Counted from the first letter of the whole stretch, positions 11,801 to 22,827 are shown. The stretch is DNA of 63,971 nucleotides, filler included, from 11 parts of 11 records of this genome joined end to end with filler, not necessarily neighbours in it; one strand, 5' to 3'. The notes: a model not told the origin generated them from the sequence alone. A program made the numbers and translations.

Positions 11801-14261
11801 TCTTTTCGGCTGGCTTCTTCTTCTTAGGCTTGTCGAAATTGATCTCCTCTTCGCCCTTTTTAGGCTTCTTCTTCTTTTCGACGGGTTTCTTCTTCTCAGC
11901 AGGCTTCTTCTTCTCTGCAGCGGGCTGGGCATTAGCTGCAGCCTTGCTCTCCATGTCCTTTCGAAGCTGGGCCTCCCAATCGTCTTCTGCACCATACATC
12001 TTATCAGCAGCTGAGAGCTTCTGTTGGCCATAGCTGACAGCTCCGACTGTAGACAGCTCTGCATCAGGGGCAACATACGGCGCACGGTGAGCTGCGAGCT
12101 CCGCCGGCTTGAACGCCTTCAGCTCAGCTGTGTCAAGAAGGGCCACCACGCCATCAAGCAATTGTTGAGCAATTGAGGTGGGGGCAGACGCAACCAGACT
12201 TTCTATGCAGTTCACCCCGGCCGCTCGTCGTGTGGGATTGGGTGATTTGAGCGCTGCTAGCACCCCCTCCACCACCTGGGGCCAACTCTCAGTGCCTTCG
12301 AGGGCGTCTTGCAGGGCAGTCTTGAGTCTGTTCTGAAGCATCCGCCAGGCCACATTGGATGCAGGGTAGCACTCGACAGCATAGTCGGCATACAGCTCAT
12401 CGCAAGATCGAGTGAGTGGATGGTGAGCTAACAGTAAAAGTGGGGCTGTGATCTCCAGGCTGGGCTTTGTTACAATCACGGCACAAATAGCCCGGGCAGC
12501 CACCATCGGCGAAACCGCTTCCTGGGTCTCTGAGTCCAGAACACACCACAGACCCTCTTGCAGCATCTCGTTTGTCGCGGGGTTGCAGCTGGACAGCTCT
12601 GTTGCCGCCACCAGGGCACTTGTGTAGACGGTTTGGTGTGGCATCACCATGCACCTTGCTAGAGCCACAGAAAGCGGCTTCTGCGAGGACTCTGTCAGCC
12701 CAAACTGGGCGCTTTCCGCCAGCAGCCGCCGAGCTAGTTGCACCTGCACCTCTAAGTCCGCCAGCGAGGCTTTGGCGGTCGAGCTTGCGGAGACCAAGAA
12801 CGAATCGGGTGTGCACACAGCAGACCAAAGCTTTGTGACCACGTCTGTGGCGGGCAGCTCGGCCACCCGCACCAAGCACGCTAGCGCCGCCACCGCGTGA
12901 GAGCGCTCGGCCGGCTTTTTGCCGCTGGATGCGACAGTTTTGGCCAGCGGAGCCAGCAGCGGCCTGAAGAGCTCGGACTTGAGATCCTCTGCCATCAACC
13001 TGTGCACGCTGAGCAGCGCCGCAGCCTTGACAGGATCGGCCTTGGTCGGCTCCACTAACCCGCTCCAGAATTTGACTCCGTCTGGAGAGAGAGGAGTCAC
13101 TGCGTGCCACGCCTCGACTGCACTGATGCTGCTGATTCTCACATTGTCGTCCTTTTCATTCAGTTCGAGCACAAGATTCAAGATTGTCTCGGCTGCTGGG
13201 CCGTTCCCATTCGCCCCGGGTGCATTCGCTAACTGGGCGATGCCTGCCATGCATCCTTCCTTTTGGTAGTTATAGCTCAGATTGCCTGCCTTGCTCGAGC
13301 CCCGTAGGACCTCAGCAATCATACCCACAGCCTCCACTATTGGCCCTGGCTCGGCGCATCGCCGCACAAGCTGCCCCAGCGTCTCCAGCGTATCAGTCCG
13401 GCGCTGCTGGTCGCTATGCCGGAGCTCTTCGCATAGTGCAGTCTCCAGCACAGAGGTCAGGTAAGTGCTCAGGTCCGTATTCACCACACTGAACAGCACC
13501 CCGACCACCCCGACCACCGCCTCCGGCGCCCGCTTCAGCCCGCGGAGCGCCGACGGCACCAGCGTCTCCCCGAGCTCCTCTGAGCTCGCCTGGGCCAACA
13601 CCGCATCAAAGCACCGCCAGTATTGCGCCGGCGGCTTGGTTGCGGCGCACAGCAGCAGCTGTGAGTAACACTCGAAAAGCGCCGCCTTGTGCGGCTCAAC
13701 CCGCTCAGCCCCGAGCCACACGGTCAAGCATCCGAGCAGCCCGCACTGTCCCAGCCCCGGTGCCTGGATCGCGCCAGCCAGCAGAGGCTCGGCCGCCGCG
13801 GGCGTATGCCTGAGGATGCCCCCCAGGATCGCCTCGGCCCGGTCGCGCTGGTCGAGCAGGACCAACGCATCCACGCACTCGCTGATACTCGCGCTGAGCG
13901 GGGCCCACAAGTCGGCCTCGCCGAGCAGCGCCGGCCGGCCGGCAAGCAGCGCGCCGGACCACCCGAGAAGCATCGCCGCCGCCCAGTTGTGCAGTCCGTC
14001 GGCGGCCCTGGCTTTGATCCCGGCGACCATCCCACGGGCAAACTGGTCGGACGGGGCGAGCGCGCGCACCATCTGGTCCAGCTGCAGCCGGGTGGGCCGG
14101 TCTGCAATCAGCTCGACCGCGTGCAGCAGCCAGGGGACCAGCTCGTCGACCATCTCGTCCGGCAGCGCGCTCGGGTCCTGGAGGATGAACCATGCGCAGG
14201 CGGCCGCCCGCTCAGCCCGAGAGCTGGACAGGATATCCGCCGGGGCTGCAGGTTCCTCCAT
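8860..14261 (-). CDS. GCN1: Translational activator GCN1 (HEAT repeats), 3'-truncated
   Basis: LGRLFEPYV, LSAHGVKLVLP, WRTK, MAHCAPKQLSTCLPQIVP, HSIDAPSLAL. Start MEEP at 14261; 62-nt intron at 11203-11264 joins the two long ORFs. Confidence 0.92.
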
Positions 14262-14463
14262 CGAACCACCAGGCGGCTTCGCTCGCCGGAGGCCCAACAA
14301 GACGTCAGGTTTTCGTGAACGTCTTCGCCTGAGCTTCAGCGTGGGCAGCCTGAGCGCGGCAGCGCCAGCAGCGCACGATTCTAGCTGTGCGAGGTGAGCC
14401 GATCCGCAAAGGTGATTCTTGCTTATCAACGAATCAATTGAAATCATTATTTAATGGAATGAA

Positions 14464-15303
14464 TTAATCACCCGGGAGCGCAAATGTGCCGGCACTTGGA
14501 AGAACCCTAATGTTAGATACGCAGTGCTCATCGCTCGCAAAAGGCTCGGTTCGATCGTGCCCCCCACACTTCCCTACATCCCCACCGATCCGCTTCCCAG
14601 CACCCTGCTGCGCGAGACCGCTTACCGACCGTGCGAGCGACTTTGCGAGAGGGCTTGCCTTGACTAGCTTTCCTGCCTTTTTCACAGTGCCAGCCACCCC
14701 CGAGCACAGCCCAGCCAGCACCCGCACCAACTCCGTCGCCGGTCGCTCCGACCCACCGAGGTCGGCCGTGCTGATCCCTGCCTTGATCGCGTCCGACAAG
14801 TTCTTAACAAGGCTCAGCCGCAGCCGCCCCCGCTCGGCCCCGAGCCCACGGAGCCGCCCCAGCTTGATCCGAGCCAGCAGCACCCCGCAGACCGCCTGGG
14901 CCGTGTCAATCAGCTCGGCGGTCCACTCTATTCTCGCCAGCCGGCCGGGGGTAAGCCAGGGCCTCGGCCGTATCGCCCGGAGCATCAGCAGGGTGCCCAG
15001 GTTTAAGCACCCCTCTAGCGCGATGTTGAGTCCAGCCACCGCCAGCTCCAGCCACCTCAGCAGCCGGTCTGGCTGTCCGAGCGCATCCCGGAGCTCCGTC
15101 ACGTAGCCCACCCACCGGAGCAGCCCGAGCACCCGCCGCTGGCGCGACACCCGCTTGGCTGCGCGCTTGAGCACGGCGGCGGCGGCCGGGGCGCGCAGAG
15201 CTCGGGCGGCGAGGCTGACCAGCAGCGCGCTGTACTGGACGGTCTTGGCCGCCTTTTCGCCCAGCTCAAGCCCGAGCAGCGCGTTCCAGGCTCCCGAAGC
15301 CAT
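14464..15303 (-). CDS. PEX11: Peroxisomal biogenesis factor 11-like
   Basis: GEKAAKTVQY...VSRQRRVLGLLRW resembles the PEX11 N-terminal motifs; C-terminal LVKNLSD...AGLCSG. Confidence 0.65.
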   Translation of the reverse strand: MASGAWNALLGLELGEKAAKTVQYSALLVSLAARALRAPAAAAVLKRAAKRVSRQRRVLGLLRWVGYVTELRDALGQPDRLLRWLELAVAGLNIALEGCLNLGTLLMLRAIRPRPWLTPGRLARIEWTAELIDTAQAVCGVLLARIKLGRLRGLGAERGRLRLSLVKNLSDAIKAGISTADLGGSERPATELVRVLAGLCSGVAGTVKKAGKLVKASPLAKSLARSVSGLAQQGAGKRIGGDVGKCGGHDRTEPFASDEHCVSNIRVLPSAGTFALPGD

Positions 15304-15381
15304 CGCGCGGCTAACGGCTTCTCTGCCTCTTTGGGACTCGAGCACCGCTGTCCTCAGTGGCTGTGTGTAAGCTGTGGCTCG

Positions 15382-15871
15382 ATGGAGGCGGCACAGGAGC
15401 CAGGGCCGGCCAACGCGGGGCCCAAGAAGTCCAAGGCCGAGCGCGCAGTGGGGCTGGCCAACGCGATCTTTGACTCGATCGACCAGGACGGCAACGGCTC
15501 GATGGACTTCAACGAGTTCACCCGGTGGGCCAAGGAAGACGGTAGCGCTGCCAGCCGGAGGGCCGAACTGGGAAACAGGTCGGCCGCTCGAGTGGCTCGA
15601 GGAGTTTGTCCAGCCGCTGTACGAATGGATGGACCAAGTGGAGCTGGACAACGCGATCCTGCGGCCCGGTGTATGGGGCGACGGCCATCACGGCTTCTCG
15701 CCGGTGGGCTCTGCTGCTGGGGGCAGCTGGCTCACTGTTGCCGCAGGAGCTGCAGCGGGAGCTGCTGGGGAGGTTCCGGCAGGAGTCCAAGGCCAACAGA
15801 ATGGGCGAGCCCGCATTCGTGGAGATGGTGCTGCAGCTGATGAAAATGATAAAGATGGCGGGCGGGCTGCT
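15382..15871 (+). CDS. EF-hand protein, intron-containing, 3'-truncated
   Basis: Canonical loop DQDGNGSMDFNEF; frame changes are explained by short GT-AG introns. Confidence 0.6.
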
Positions 15872-15971
15872 NNNNNNNNNNNNNNNNNNNNNNNNNNNNN
15901 NNNNNNNNNNNNNNNTTAATTAATTAANNNNNNNNNNNNNNNNNNNNNNNNNNNNNNNNNNNNNNNNNNNN
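15872..15971. other. Artificial contig spacer
   Basis: N44-TTAATTAATTAA-N44. Confidence 0.98.
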
Positions 15972-16153
15972 TCGATTTCAAGTCCTCATATTGCTTCAAG
16001 GGCCTTGCACGAGTTCTTTAATTTACCGGTATTTAGACTAGACGCACGACGAACGTGTACAAACGCAAACAAGTAACACCTAGTACTACCCCAAGCTAAA
16101 TTGTAAACACGCGCGCGCACTTGATTTGACCAAATCCAGGCTACAATTGCTTG

Positions 16154-17527
16154 CTACAGCGATGGGAACGGTAGCTCGCTCGTGCCCGCGTTGCAATTGA
16201 GCCTCGCCACACCGTTGGTCCACGCGCGGCTGTACACGCCCGGGCTCTCCACCTCGCACGGCCCGGTCGGCTCCCCGGCCTGCAGGTTGAAGACGTTGCT
16301 CTGCGGCCACTTCCTGTCGTCGCTCTCCCAGCCCCAGCCGATGAAGCCAATAGGCGGGCGCACTATCAGGAAAGCGGCGATGCTGCTGTTGCTCGCGTCG
16401 CCCGCGGCCATCATCATCGGCCGCTGCTGCAGCTCCGGCGCACAGTACTCGTCCATGAATTTACTGCACGACTCGCCCTGCGGCGCGGGCAGGCCGGGGC
16501 TGGTCCCGTCGCCGCCGCTGAAGGCCTGCCAGTTGTACTTGCCTGCCTTGATGAGCGCGTCAACCAGCTTGCTGTGCGTCGCCGTCGTCGCGGCCTGCAA
16601 CTGTGTGATCTCTTCGTCTGTCATGCGCGTGTTCGATTGCGCGTGGGGGTGCTCCTCGCAGCATCCGCCCACGTCGTCGGTGAACGTGCCATCCACCCAC
16701 GGGGAGTCGAGGGACTTAACCACCGACGATATGAAGTACTGCGCGGCCTCGGGATTGCGATAATCCCAAAAGAATTGGTCTCCGAACTCGATCCCTTCGT
16801 TGTAGATGGTCCCATTCTTGGTTCCGTTGCCGTCCGTGTACTGCAGGAAGTAGTCGGCCTTCGAAGGGTCATACATGACCGCGCGCTGCGACTCCTCCCA
16901 CTCGAGCGCGAGCTCCATGTTGTGGTAGATGAAGCACTTAGAGGCCCGGCCCGACCTCTTCAGCCGGCGGCAGCCCTCTGTGCTCACCGCCTCGCAGTTG
17001 GTGCGGTTCCGACCGTTCTTGAACCAGATCCCACGGGCCACCGACCAGTCCAGCGAGACCAGGCCCCACGTGTGGCTTGGGGCAAAGTAGTCGTCGCCCG
17101 AGGGCTGGATCGTTGTGCTCTCCGTCAGGTTCCAGTTGGGCTGCCAGCTCGGTGGACGCGGCGGCAGCTCGGGCGCCGGCCACGGAGGAAACGAGCTCGG
17201 CTTCGGATAGGGGCAGTGCGGGTAGCGGCACCACGAGTCCACCGCTTTGGTGCAGTTGGCCGATATGGCCGCGGTCGTCATCCCGCCACCGATCATGAGC
17301 ACGTTCATGGACGTCATCGAGAGAACGGTGCCGTGGCTGACCTGGGCGCCCCACGCCGTCGTCCGGAGGGTGAAGTTCGCCTCACCCGCGTTCTGGAAGA
17401 ACTGGATGTGGCTTTGAGGGCTCCGGCCATTGCTCCAGTCGCCATTCATGCTGCAGAACGGCGCTGCTGCCATAGCAGCTGTTGACACGACCGTGAGGGT
17501 CAAGGCTGTTGACATGACGCCGACCAT
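16154..17527 (-). CDS. Secreted putative glycoside hydrolase (GHL15-like TIM barrel)
   Basis: Signal peptide; FWDYRNPEA...DGTFTDD; C-terminal GEPTGPC...GVYSRAWTNG..LNC; intronless. Confidence 0.6.
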   Translation of the reverse strand: MVGVMSTALTLTVVSTAAMAAAPFCSMNGDWSNGRSPQSHIQFFQNAGEANFTLRTTAWGAQVSHGTVLSMTSMNVLMIGGGMTTAAISANCTKAVDSWCRYPHCPYPKPSSFPPWPAPELPPRPPSWQPNWNLTESTTIQPSGDDYFAPSHTWGLVSLDWSVARGIWFKNGRNRTNCEAVSTEGCRRLKRSGRASKCFIYHNMELALEWEESQRAVMYDPSKADYFLQYTDGNGTKNGTIYNEGIEFGDQFFWDYRNPEAAQYFISSVVKSLDSPWVDGTFTDDVGGCCEEHPHAQSNTRMTDEEITQLQAATTATHSKLVDALIKAGKYNWQAFSGGDGTSPGLPAPQGESCSKFMDEYCAPELQQRPMMMAAGDASNSSIAAFLIVRPPIGFIGWGWESDDRKWPQSNVFNLQAGEPTGPCEVESPGVYSRAWTNGVARLNCNAGTSELPFPSL

Positions 17528-17648
17528 CTCGGCCCAAAAGCGTGTGGGGCGCCGGTGTCCCGGCTGCGTCTCCAACTCCAACGGACAAATCCCCTGAGTG
17601 TCCGAAGGGACTCGAAATCCACGGGCGCGGGCTCAAACCCACTGCTGC

Positions 17649-19670
17649 ATGCGAGCGTTGTGGGCTCTGCGCGGCCGGCCGGCGGCGGGTCTGGGCCGGG
17701 CATTGGCGCGGGGGTACCGGCGGGCCGAGCAGGCCCCGGCCCCCCACCGATGGCTTCTGGCCTCGGGCGCCGCGGCGATGGCCACCGCCGGCGGGGCGTT
17801 TGTTTTCCTCCCGGCAGAGATGCGCGACAAGGCCGGCGGGCTGTACCCGGCGGCGGATGCGGACCGGGAGGGGTGGAAGCAATTCTCGCTGGACGAGATG
17901 CAGGACCTGGTCGAGGACGGGCGGATCGTGGTGGCGCTCAAGGGCAGCCTGTACGACATGACCGACTTCACCGGGCACCCGGGCGGGTACGGACGGCTGG
18001 CGATGGCGGCCGGGAACGACCTTGAGGTGTACTGGAGCGTGTACACCCAGCACAACCGGGGGCACGTGGTTGACGATGTGATGCGGCCGTACAAGATCGG
18101 GGTGGTCTCGATGCGGGACATGGACACAATCACCGCCCGGACCCACTTCGATGGGGATGCGATCTACGGGAACGATCCCACGTTCCCGGAGCTGCTCACC
18201 AACACCCGGCACCCGTACAACGCCGAGGGCCGGCTCCGGCTTCTCACGGATAGCTTTATTACGCCGATCGGACGGCACTTCGTGAGGAACCACAGCTCGG
18301 TTCCGGACATTGACCCCGAGGACTATCTGCTCACGATCAACGGCGTGGGGGTCGAGGAGACCACCTTCACGCTGGAGGATCTCAAGACAAAGTTCGAGAA
18401 GGTGGAGGTCACGACGGTCATCCAGTGCAATGGGAACCGGCGCGAAGACTTCCACTACATGGATGGTGAGACACCCGCCTTCGGTCCGCCGCACTGGGTG
18501 GCCGGAGCGATCGGGAACGCCACATGGTCTGGGGCTCGGCTGCGCGACGTGATCAAAGCCTCTGGGATGGATGTTGACGGCATTTCTCTCGGGAAAGTTT
18601 CTGCGCCTGAGACCGCAACGCAGATCGGGCTGCTCGGATACGATTCGGACGAGTGCGGCAACCAGTACTGCTGCTCGTTCCCGTTTGACAAGGCGATCGA
18701 CCCGTTTGGCGACTGCATTGTAGCTTATGAGATGAACGGAGTCCCGATCCCTAGATCGCACGGCTTCCCTGTCCGTGCGATTGTGCCGGGGCACGCCGGC
18801 GCGCGGAACTGCAAGTATCTGGAGTGCGTGAGCATCACCGACGCGCCCTGCAGCGGGCACGGCAACTGGAAGCAATACGCAGTGCACGCGCCGGATGTTG
18901 AGCTGCGCAAAATCGCTGAGTTTGAGGTTTATTCCAAGGAGCTCAAAAAGGACCCTGCGGTGCAAGAGATGCCGGTGCAGAGCATGATCACCTCGCCCGG
19001 GCCCGGAGACATCCTCTCCGCGATCAAGTCCGGCGGCAAGTCGGTCACCGTCAAGGGCGTGGCGTGGGGCGGCGGAGGGTCCGGCGTGAACAGGGTAGAC
19101 GTATCGCTGGACGGTGGGAAGAACTTTATCAAAGCAGGTGTCAAGGACCGACCGTTCGAGTACGACGCGGTGCACCGCAAGTCCCAGTGGAGCTGGGTGC
19201 ATTTCGAGCAAGAGATCCCTCTGCCCGACAAGCTGCGGCACAATCTGATCCAAGGCCAACCTATCGAGCTCGAACTCACTTCAAAGGCGCTCAACGCAGC
19301 CTGGAACGTACAGCCGGCCGACCCCAACCCGAACTGGAACTCGCACGGGTGCTGTGTCAACCACTGGTACCGCGTGCCGGTCACGGTCAGCCCGAACATC
19401 AAGGACGACCAGATTGCCGCAGACGGCGATTTTGGAAACAAGCCGTCCGGAGGCCGGTTCACCACGCCGTTCCGGAACCTTGACCACCCCGAGGTGGCGG
19501 TCGAGCGGAGGTCGCGCTCGATGCTTGCCGAAAAGCTCGGGATCGCCGACAGCAACTGCACGTGCGGGCTGGAGTGTCACGAGGGCAAGGGCTGCTTGGC
19601 GCCGCGGTTCAACACCAGCCCGAGCAGGCTGATGGAGAAGCAGATTCAAGCGCGGCAGCGGGAGCCGTGA
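17649..19670 (+). CDS. SUOX: Sulfite oxidase (mitochondrial presequence, cytochrome b5, Moco and dimerisation domains)
   Basis: Arg-rich presequence; b5 HPGG...QHN; FVRNH, IQCNGNRR (Moco Cys), HGFPVRAIVPG, GVAWGGGG..RVDVSLDGG; intronless. Confidence 0.9.
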   Translation: MRALWALRGRPAAGLGRALARGYRRAEQAPAPHRWLLASGAAAMATAGGAFVFLPAEMRDKAGGLYPAADADREGWKQFSLDEMQDLVEDGRIVVALKGSLYDMTDFTGHPGGYGRLAMAAGNDLEVYWSVYTQHNRGHVVDDVMRPYKIGVVSMRDMDTITARTHFDGDAIYGNDPTFPELLTNTRHPYNAEGRLRLLTDSFITPIGRHFVRNHSSVPDIDPEDYLLTINGVGVEETTFTLEDLKTKFEKVEVTTVIQCNGNRREDFHYMDGETPAFGPPHWVAGAIGNATWSGARLRDVIKASGMDVDGISLGKVSAPETATQIGLLGYDSDECGNQYCCSFPFDKAIDPFGDCIVAYEMNGVPIPRSHGFPVRAIVPGHAGARNCKYLECVSITDAPCSGHGNWKQYAVHAPDVELRKIAEFEVYSKELKKDPAVQEMPVQSMITSPGPGDILSAIKSGGKSVTVKGVAWGGGGSGVNRVDVSLDGGKNFIKAGVKDRPFEYDAVHRKSQWSWVHFEQEIPLPDKLRHNLIQGQPIELELTSKALNAAWNVQPADPNPNWNSHGCCVNHWYRVPVTVSPNIKDDQIAADGDFGNKPSGGRFTTPFRNLDHPEVAVERRSRSMLAEKLGIADSNCTCGLECHEGKGCLAPRFNTSPSRLMEKQIQARQREP

Positions 19671-19921
19671 ACCAAGCAGATAAACAGTATCCGCATTACG
19701 TGATTGCGAATGAAGCAAAGATGCAACCAAGTACCTTCACGATCATGACTGACAATTCGTACGAGTACAGTAGAACTCGAACTTGTAAGAACTGAATGAC
19801 ACTAGAATGAGACCAACAGCAGAGACCAACCAGTACAATAGAAGAATTCGATACCACTCGAGCTTAACTCGAGCTCACACATTTTAATCAATTGATATGA
19901 TAAATAAAATCAAGCAATTCC

Positions 19922-20794
19922 TTACAAAGTAAACCACATCTTGATAGCGGTGTACAGCAAGACGAACCACGTGAAATACATGTAACACTCAGGCGAGGTG
20001 CGCCGCTTGATCGGTTTCGCCAGTTGGATCCCCACCAGCGCCAGCAGCCCGATCTGCAGTCCGTGCACCGCCACCGGCCACGACAGCCTGCCGGCGAGCG
20101 CCCGCATGCCCACCTTGGCCACGTTCTTGCCAGCCATCATCACTGACCGTGTGGCCACGAATTGATCCATGTCAAGGCCACAAGCGAGCAGGTAGACGTT
20201 GAATATCGGACCGGAGTTGTTTGTGACCACCGTCACCACGCCGCAGAGCCCGCCCACGCTGGCCCCCACCCACAGCTGCTGGTAGAATGCTTCGTTCCGC
20301 TGCTTGTCGACCTTGTCCTTGCCATTCGGATTGGCCGAGGTTTGGGGCTTTTGAGGCAGCAGCTCTGGCAGCTTCTCGTGGACCCGCTGGACGAGCACCA
20401 GGGCGTACAGCACCGAGGTGAACCTGCGGAGCAAATTCTCGTCCAGCGAAGGCAGGATCAGCGTGCCGACAGCAATCCCGGCCATTATCGCGGGCCACAT
20501 CCGGTAGCAGACAGACCAGTTGGCGTGGCGGAGGTAGACCGAGATGGTACCCAGGTTGGCCACGCAATTGACCACCGGCACCACCGCGGTGAACGCAACC
20601 AGGTGCCCGGGCGGGGCGAGCAAGCTGAACATGGCCACGCCGAGCGTGGAGGCCCCGACCACCCCGCCGACCCCGAGCCCGATCAGGAGCCCAGCGAGGT
20701 ATTGGTAGGCGAGCTGGTGGCTCAGGCACAGCTCGCTGCTGGCCGCCAGGAACGGGATCAGCGGGCCCGCGTTCCACGGCCACACGCCCGGCAT
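19922..20794 (-). CDS. Sulfite exporter TauE/SafE (TSUP) family membrane protein
   Basis: About 8 hydrophobic segments; Gly-rich GLLIGLGVGGVVG and a second-repeat GGLCGVVTVVTNNSGPIFNVYL...FVAT; intronless. Confidence 0.75.
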   Translation of the reverse strand: MPGVWPWNAGPLIPFLAASSELCLSHQLAYQYLAGLLIGLGVGGVVGASTLGVAMFSLLAPPGHLVAFTAVVPVVNCVANLGTISVYLRHANWSVCYRMWPAIMAGIAVGTLILPSLDENLLRRFTSVLYALVLVQRVHEKLPELLPQKPQTSANPNGKDKVDKQRNEAFYQQLWVGASVGGLCGVVTVVTNNSGPIFNVYLLACGLDMDQFVATRSVMMAGKNVAKVGMRALAGRLSWPVAVHGLQIGLLALVGIQLAKPIKRRTSPECYMYFTWFVLLYTAIKMWFTL

Positions 20795-20926
20795 CCTCGA
20801 GTGTTCCGGGTGCTCCCTCGAGGGATAGCGATTGCGTCAGCACGCTCAAACAATCCGGAAATTAATAATAGTAATTCCCGAGCATTCTTGATTTGGCTGA
20901 GAGACCCCTGCACGCGTGGCGCCGGG

Positions 20927-21413
20927 ATGGAACGGCGGTGGGCGCCGTTCGCCACCAGCCACGGGAACGAGCCGGTGCGCGGAGCAGGCCGCCCGTGCGC
21001 TGTGGTGCCGCCCTACTCAGTCAGCCGTGCCGCAGACGGCTCGGTGGCCCAGCAGGCCGCACCTCGACCCCAATCGACCGCCGGCGCTGCATCGGCTCCC
21101 TTCGCCACCGATCTGAACGCCAGGGCCTCGAAGGTGCCACCGCCCGGCTGTTGGGGGCGTTGACCGCGCTGGGCAGCCCGGCAAGCCCAGCTTGAGAGAG
21201 CCGGTGCCCTGGGCCACGATGAGCGCTGTGGCGCCCAAGCAAAAGAGCCCCCGAAGGGCGTTCCCTGCGCCGCCGTGTGTGGCAGCAGACCTCATCCACC
21301 CCGTCAAAGCGTACGAGCCACTGCCGTACGTGGGGCCGGGTAGAGCGGCCGACCAGCCAGTCCGCGCAGCCAAACCACCTGTGGTGCCGAGTGGAGCACG
21401 TGCTCGGGAATAG
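20927..21413 (+). CDS. Small Pro-rich hypothetical protein with APFAT/PWAT motifs
   Basis: ATG at 20927; a 43-nt GT-AG intron at 21134-21176 joins the two ORF frames exactly. Confidence 0.5.
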
Positions 21414-21683
21414 CGCAGCGCACGTGTATATATATTAATAATATATTAAAGCTATGCAAGTAATATGCAAGCATGCATCCATAGATGGATTGCAATGCAC
21501 TAGTGATTAGTAGTAGATATCTGCGTTCAGTTCGACATCGTGCCCGATAACAACGTACGTACGCGCTCAATCGTCTAAGTACTGTACGTATGATTGGCCG
21601 ATAATCGTCCAAGGAGCGAATAAACTTAACAGCTATTCGGAATTGATTTTGCGCAGCCGCTTCCGCACGATCGGAGAAGCTGG

Positions 21684-21712
21684 CTCCTCCTCCTCCTCCT
21701 CCTCCTCCTCCT
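21684..21712. repeat. (CTC)n microsatellite at contig end
   Basis: About 10 perfect CTC units abutting the spacer. Confidence 0.9.
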
Positions 21713-21812
21713 NNNNNNNNNNNNNNNNNNNNNNNNNNNNNNNNNNNNNNNNNNNNTTAATTAATTAANNNNNNNNNNNNNNNNNNNNNNNNNNNNNNNN
21801 NNNNNNNNNNNN
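21713..21812. other. Artificial contig spacer
   Basis: N44-TTAATTAATTAA-N44. Confidence 0.98.
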
Positions 21813-22652
21813 GGCAAATAAAATGACCAAGAACCAACCCACGTTTGGCACGCCCCTTTTGGCTGACCTGGCCGCCTCCGCCTTCCGGATCTCGCAGAGT
21901 AGCAACTGCAGCCCAACATACCGCCATATTCCGATTGCCAGCATAGCAAATGCCAACCATCCCATCACCACCGCCAGGCTCGTGGCTGATGTATTCATCC
22001 ATGTATGAGCCCAATCGAGCTTGAACAGAGTGATTGCGAAGCTCAAAGTCGAAAAGGTGGTCCCTGCGTCCTGGTGAGCAACCGAACCCTGGCGGCAGGC
22101 CCACGTGTCCAGGAGAGCAAAGTCCGCTCGTTGGCGAGCAACGTTCCGACCTACACCGGCTTGTTGGAGCCGGCCGCCGGCCACACCTGGTTGAGCTGCA
22201 TCACTTCGAGCGCAACTTCGTGGTCTTCAAAGAAAAGCGACCCTAACACGCCTCGCGACTGCCGGCCCTCGTGCGCCGCCCCCTCGGCCGCCGTGGCCCT
22301 CTGCGGCGTCCCGTCGCTCCACTCGACCTGTCCCTGATTCGTCTCGGGCCCGCCGGCAGCTGACCATCAACCGCTCCCCGTGGTGCATGCTGGTTGGCAC
22401 ACATGGCACCACGCAGCCCAGGCTGTCGGTGATCCGCAGCAGGCCGCCCTGTGGCAGCCGCAGTGCGCTCCGGATGGCCGCCTGCATATCTTCGCTCAGC
22501 GTATCTTGCCGCAGTCTCAGTGAGACGGCAGGCGCCTCCGGCTCGGCGGCAGAGCTGAGCGAGACGACCCGATCGCCCCGCTGCTGCTGCATTTGGACCT
22601 CCTCGGCGCCAGCGTTCTCGGCATCCAGCCACGACTTCGTCTGGGGCTCCAT
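21813..22652 (-). CDS. DUF202 (VTC1/YidH-like) membrane protein with N-terminal extension, 3'-truncated
   Basis: The spliced product contains LLANERTLLSWTR|TTFSTLSFAITLFKL followed by TM helices; three short GT-AG introns. Confidence 0.7.
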
Positions 22653-22827
22653 CACGGCACCGTATGGATCGGGGCCGAGGCTGCAGATGCTGCAGACGAG
22701 CTGTGCTTCGAGCTACCTCCAAGAGCCACTCCCAACCGCACAGCCGTTGGGCTCCAGCAGGAGCTGCACACAGCACTCAGAGGCGCCATGCGCTTGCAGT
22801 AGGCCTCAGTCTGCAGCACCGAGCCAC

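Noticed and set aside
11780-11920. Low-complexity TTC-rich repeats
   Set aside because: They encode the Lys/Glu-rich linker (AEKKKP repeats) of GCN1; not an independent element.
17382-19259. 625-aa antisense ORF opposite SUOX (similar cases: 159-914, 16574-17485, 24180-25232, 20162-21163)
   Set aside because: Shadow ORFs caused by high GC3 on the true coding strand; no recognisable motifs.
2192-20794. FGE-domain gene as part of a sulfur cluster with SUOX/TauE
   Set aside because: It is on a different contig, separated by two spacers, and its FGE domain lacks the catalytic cysteines.
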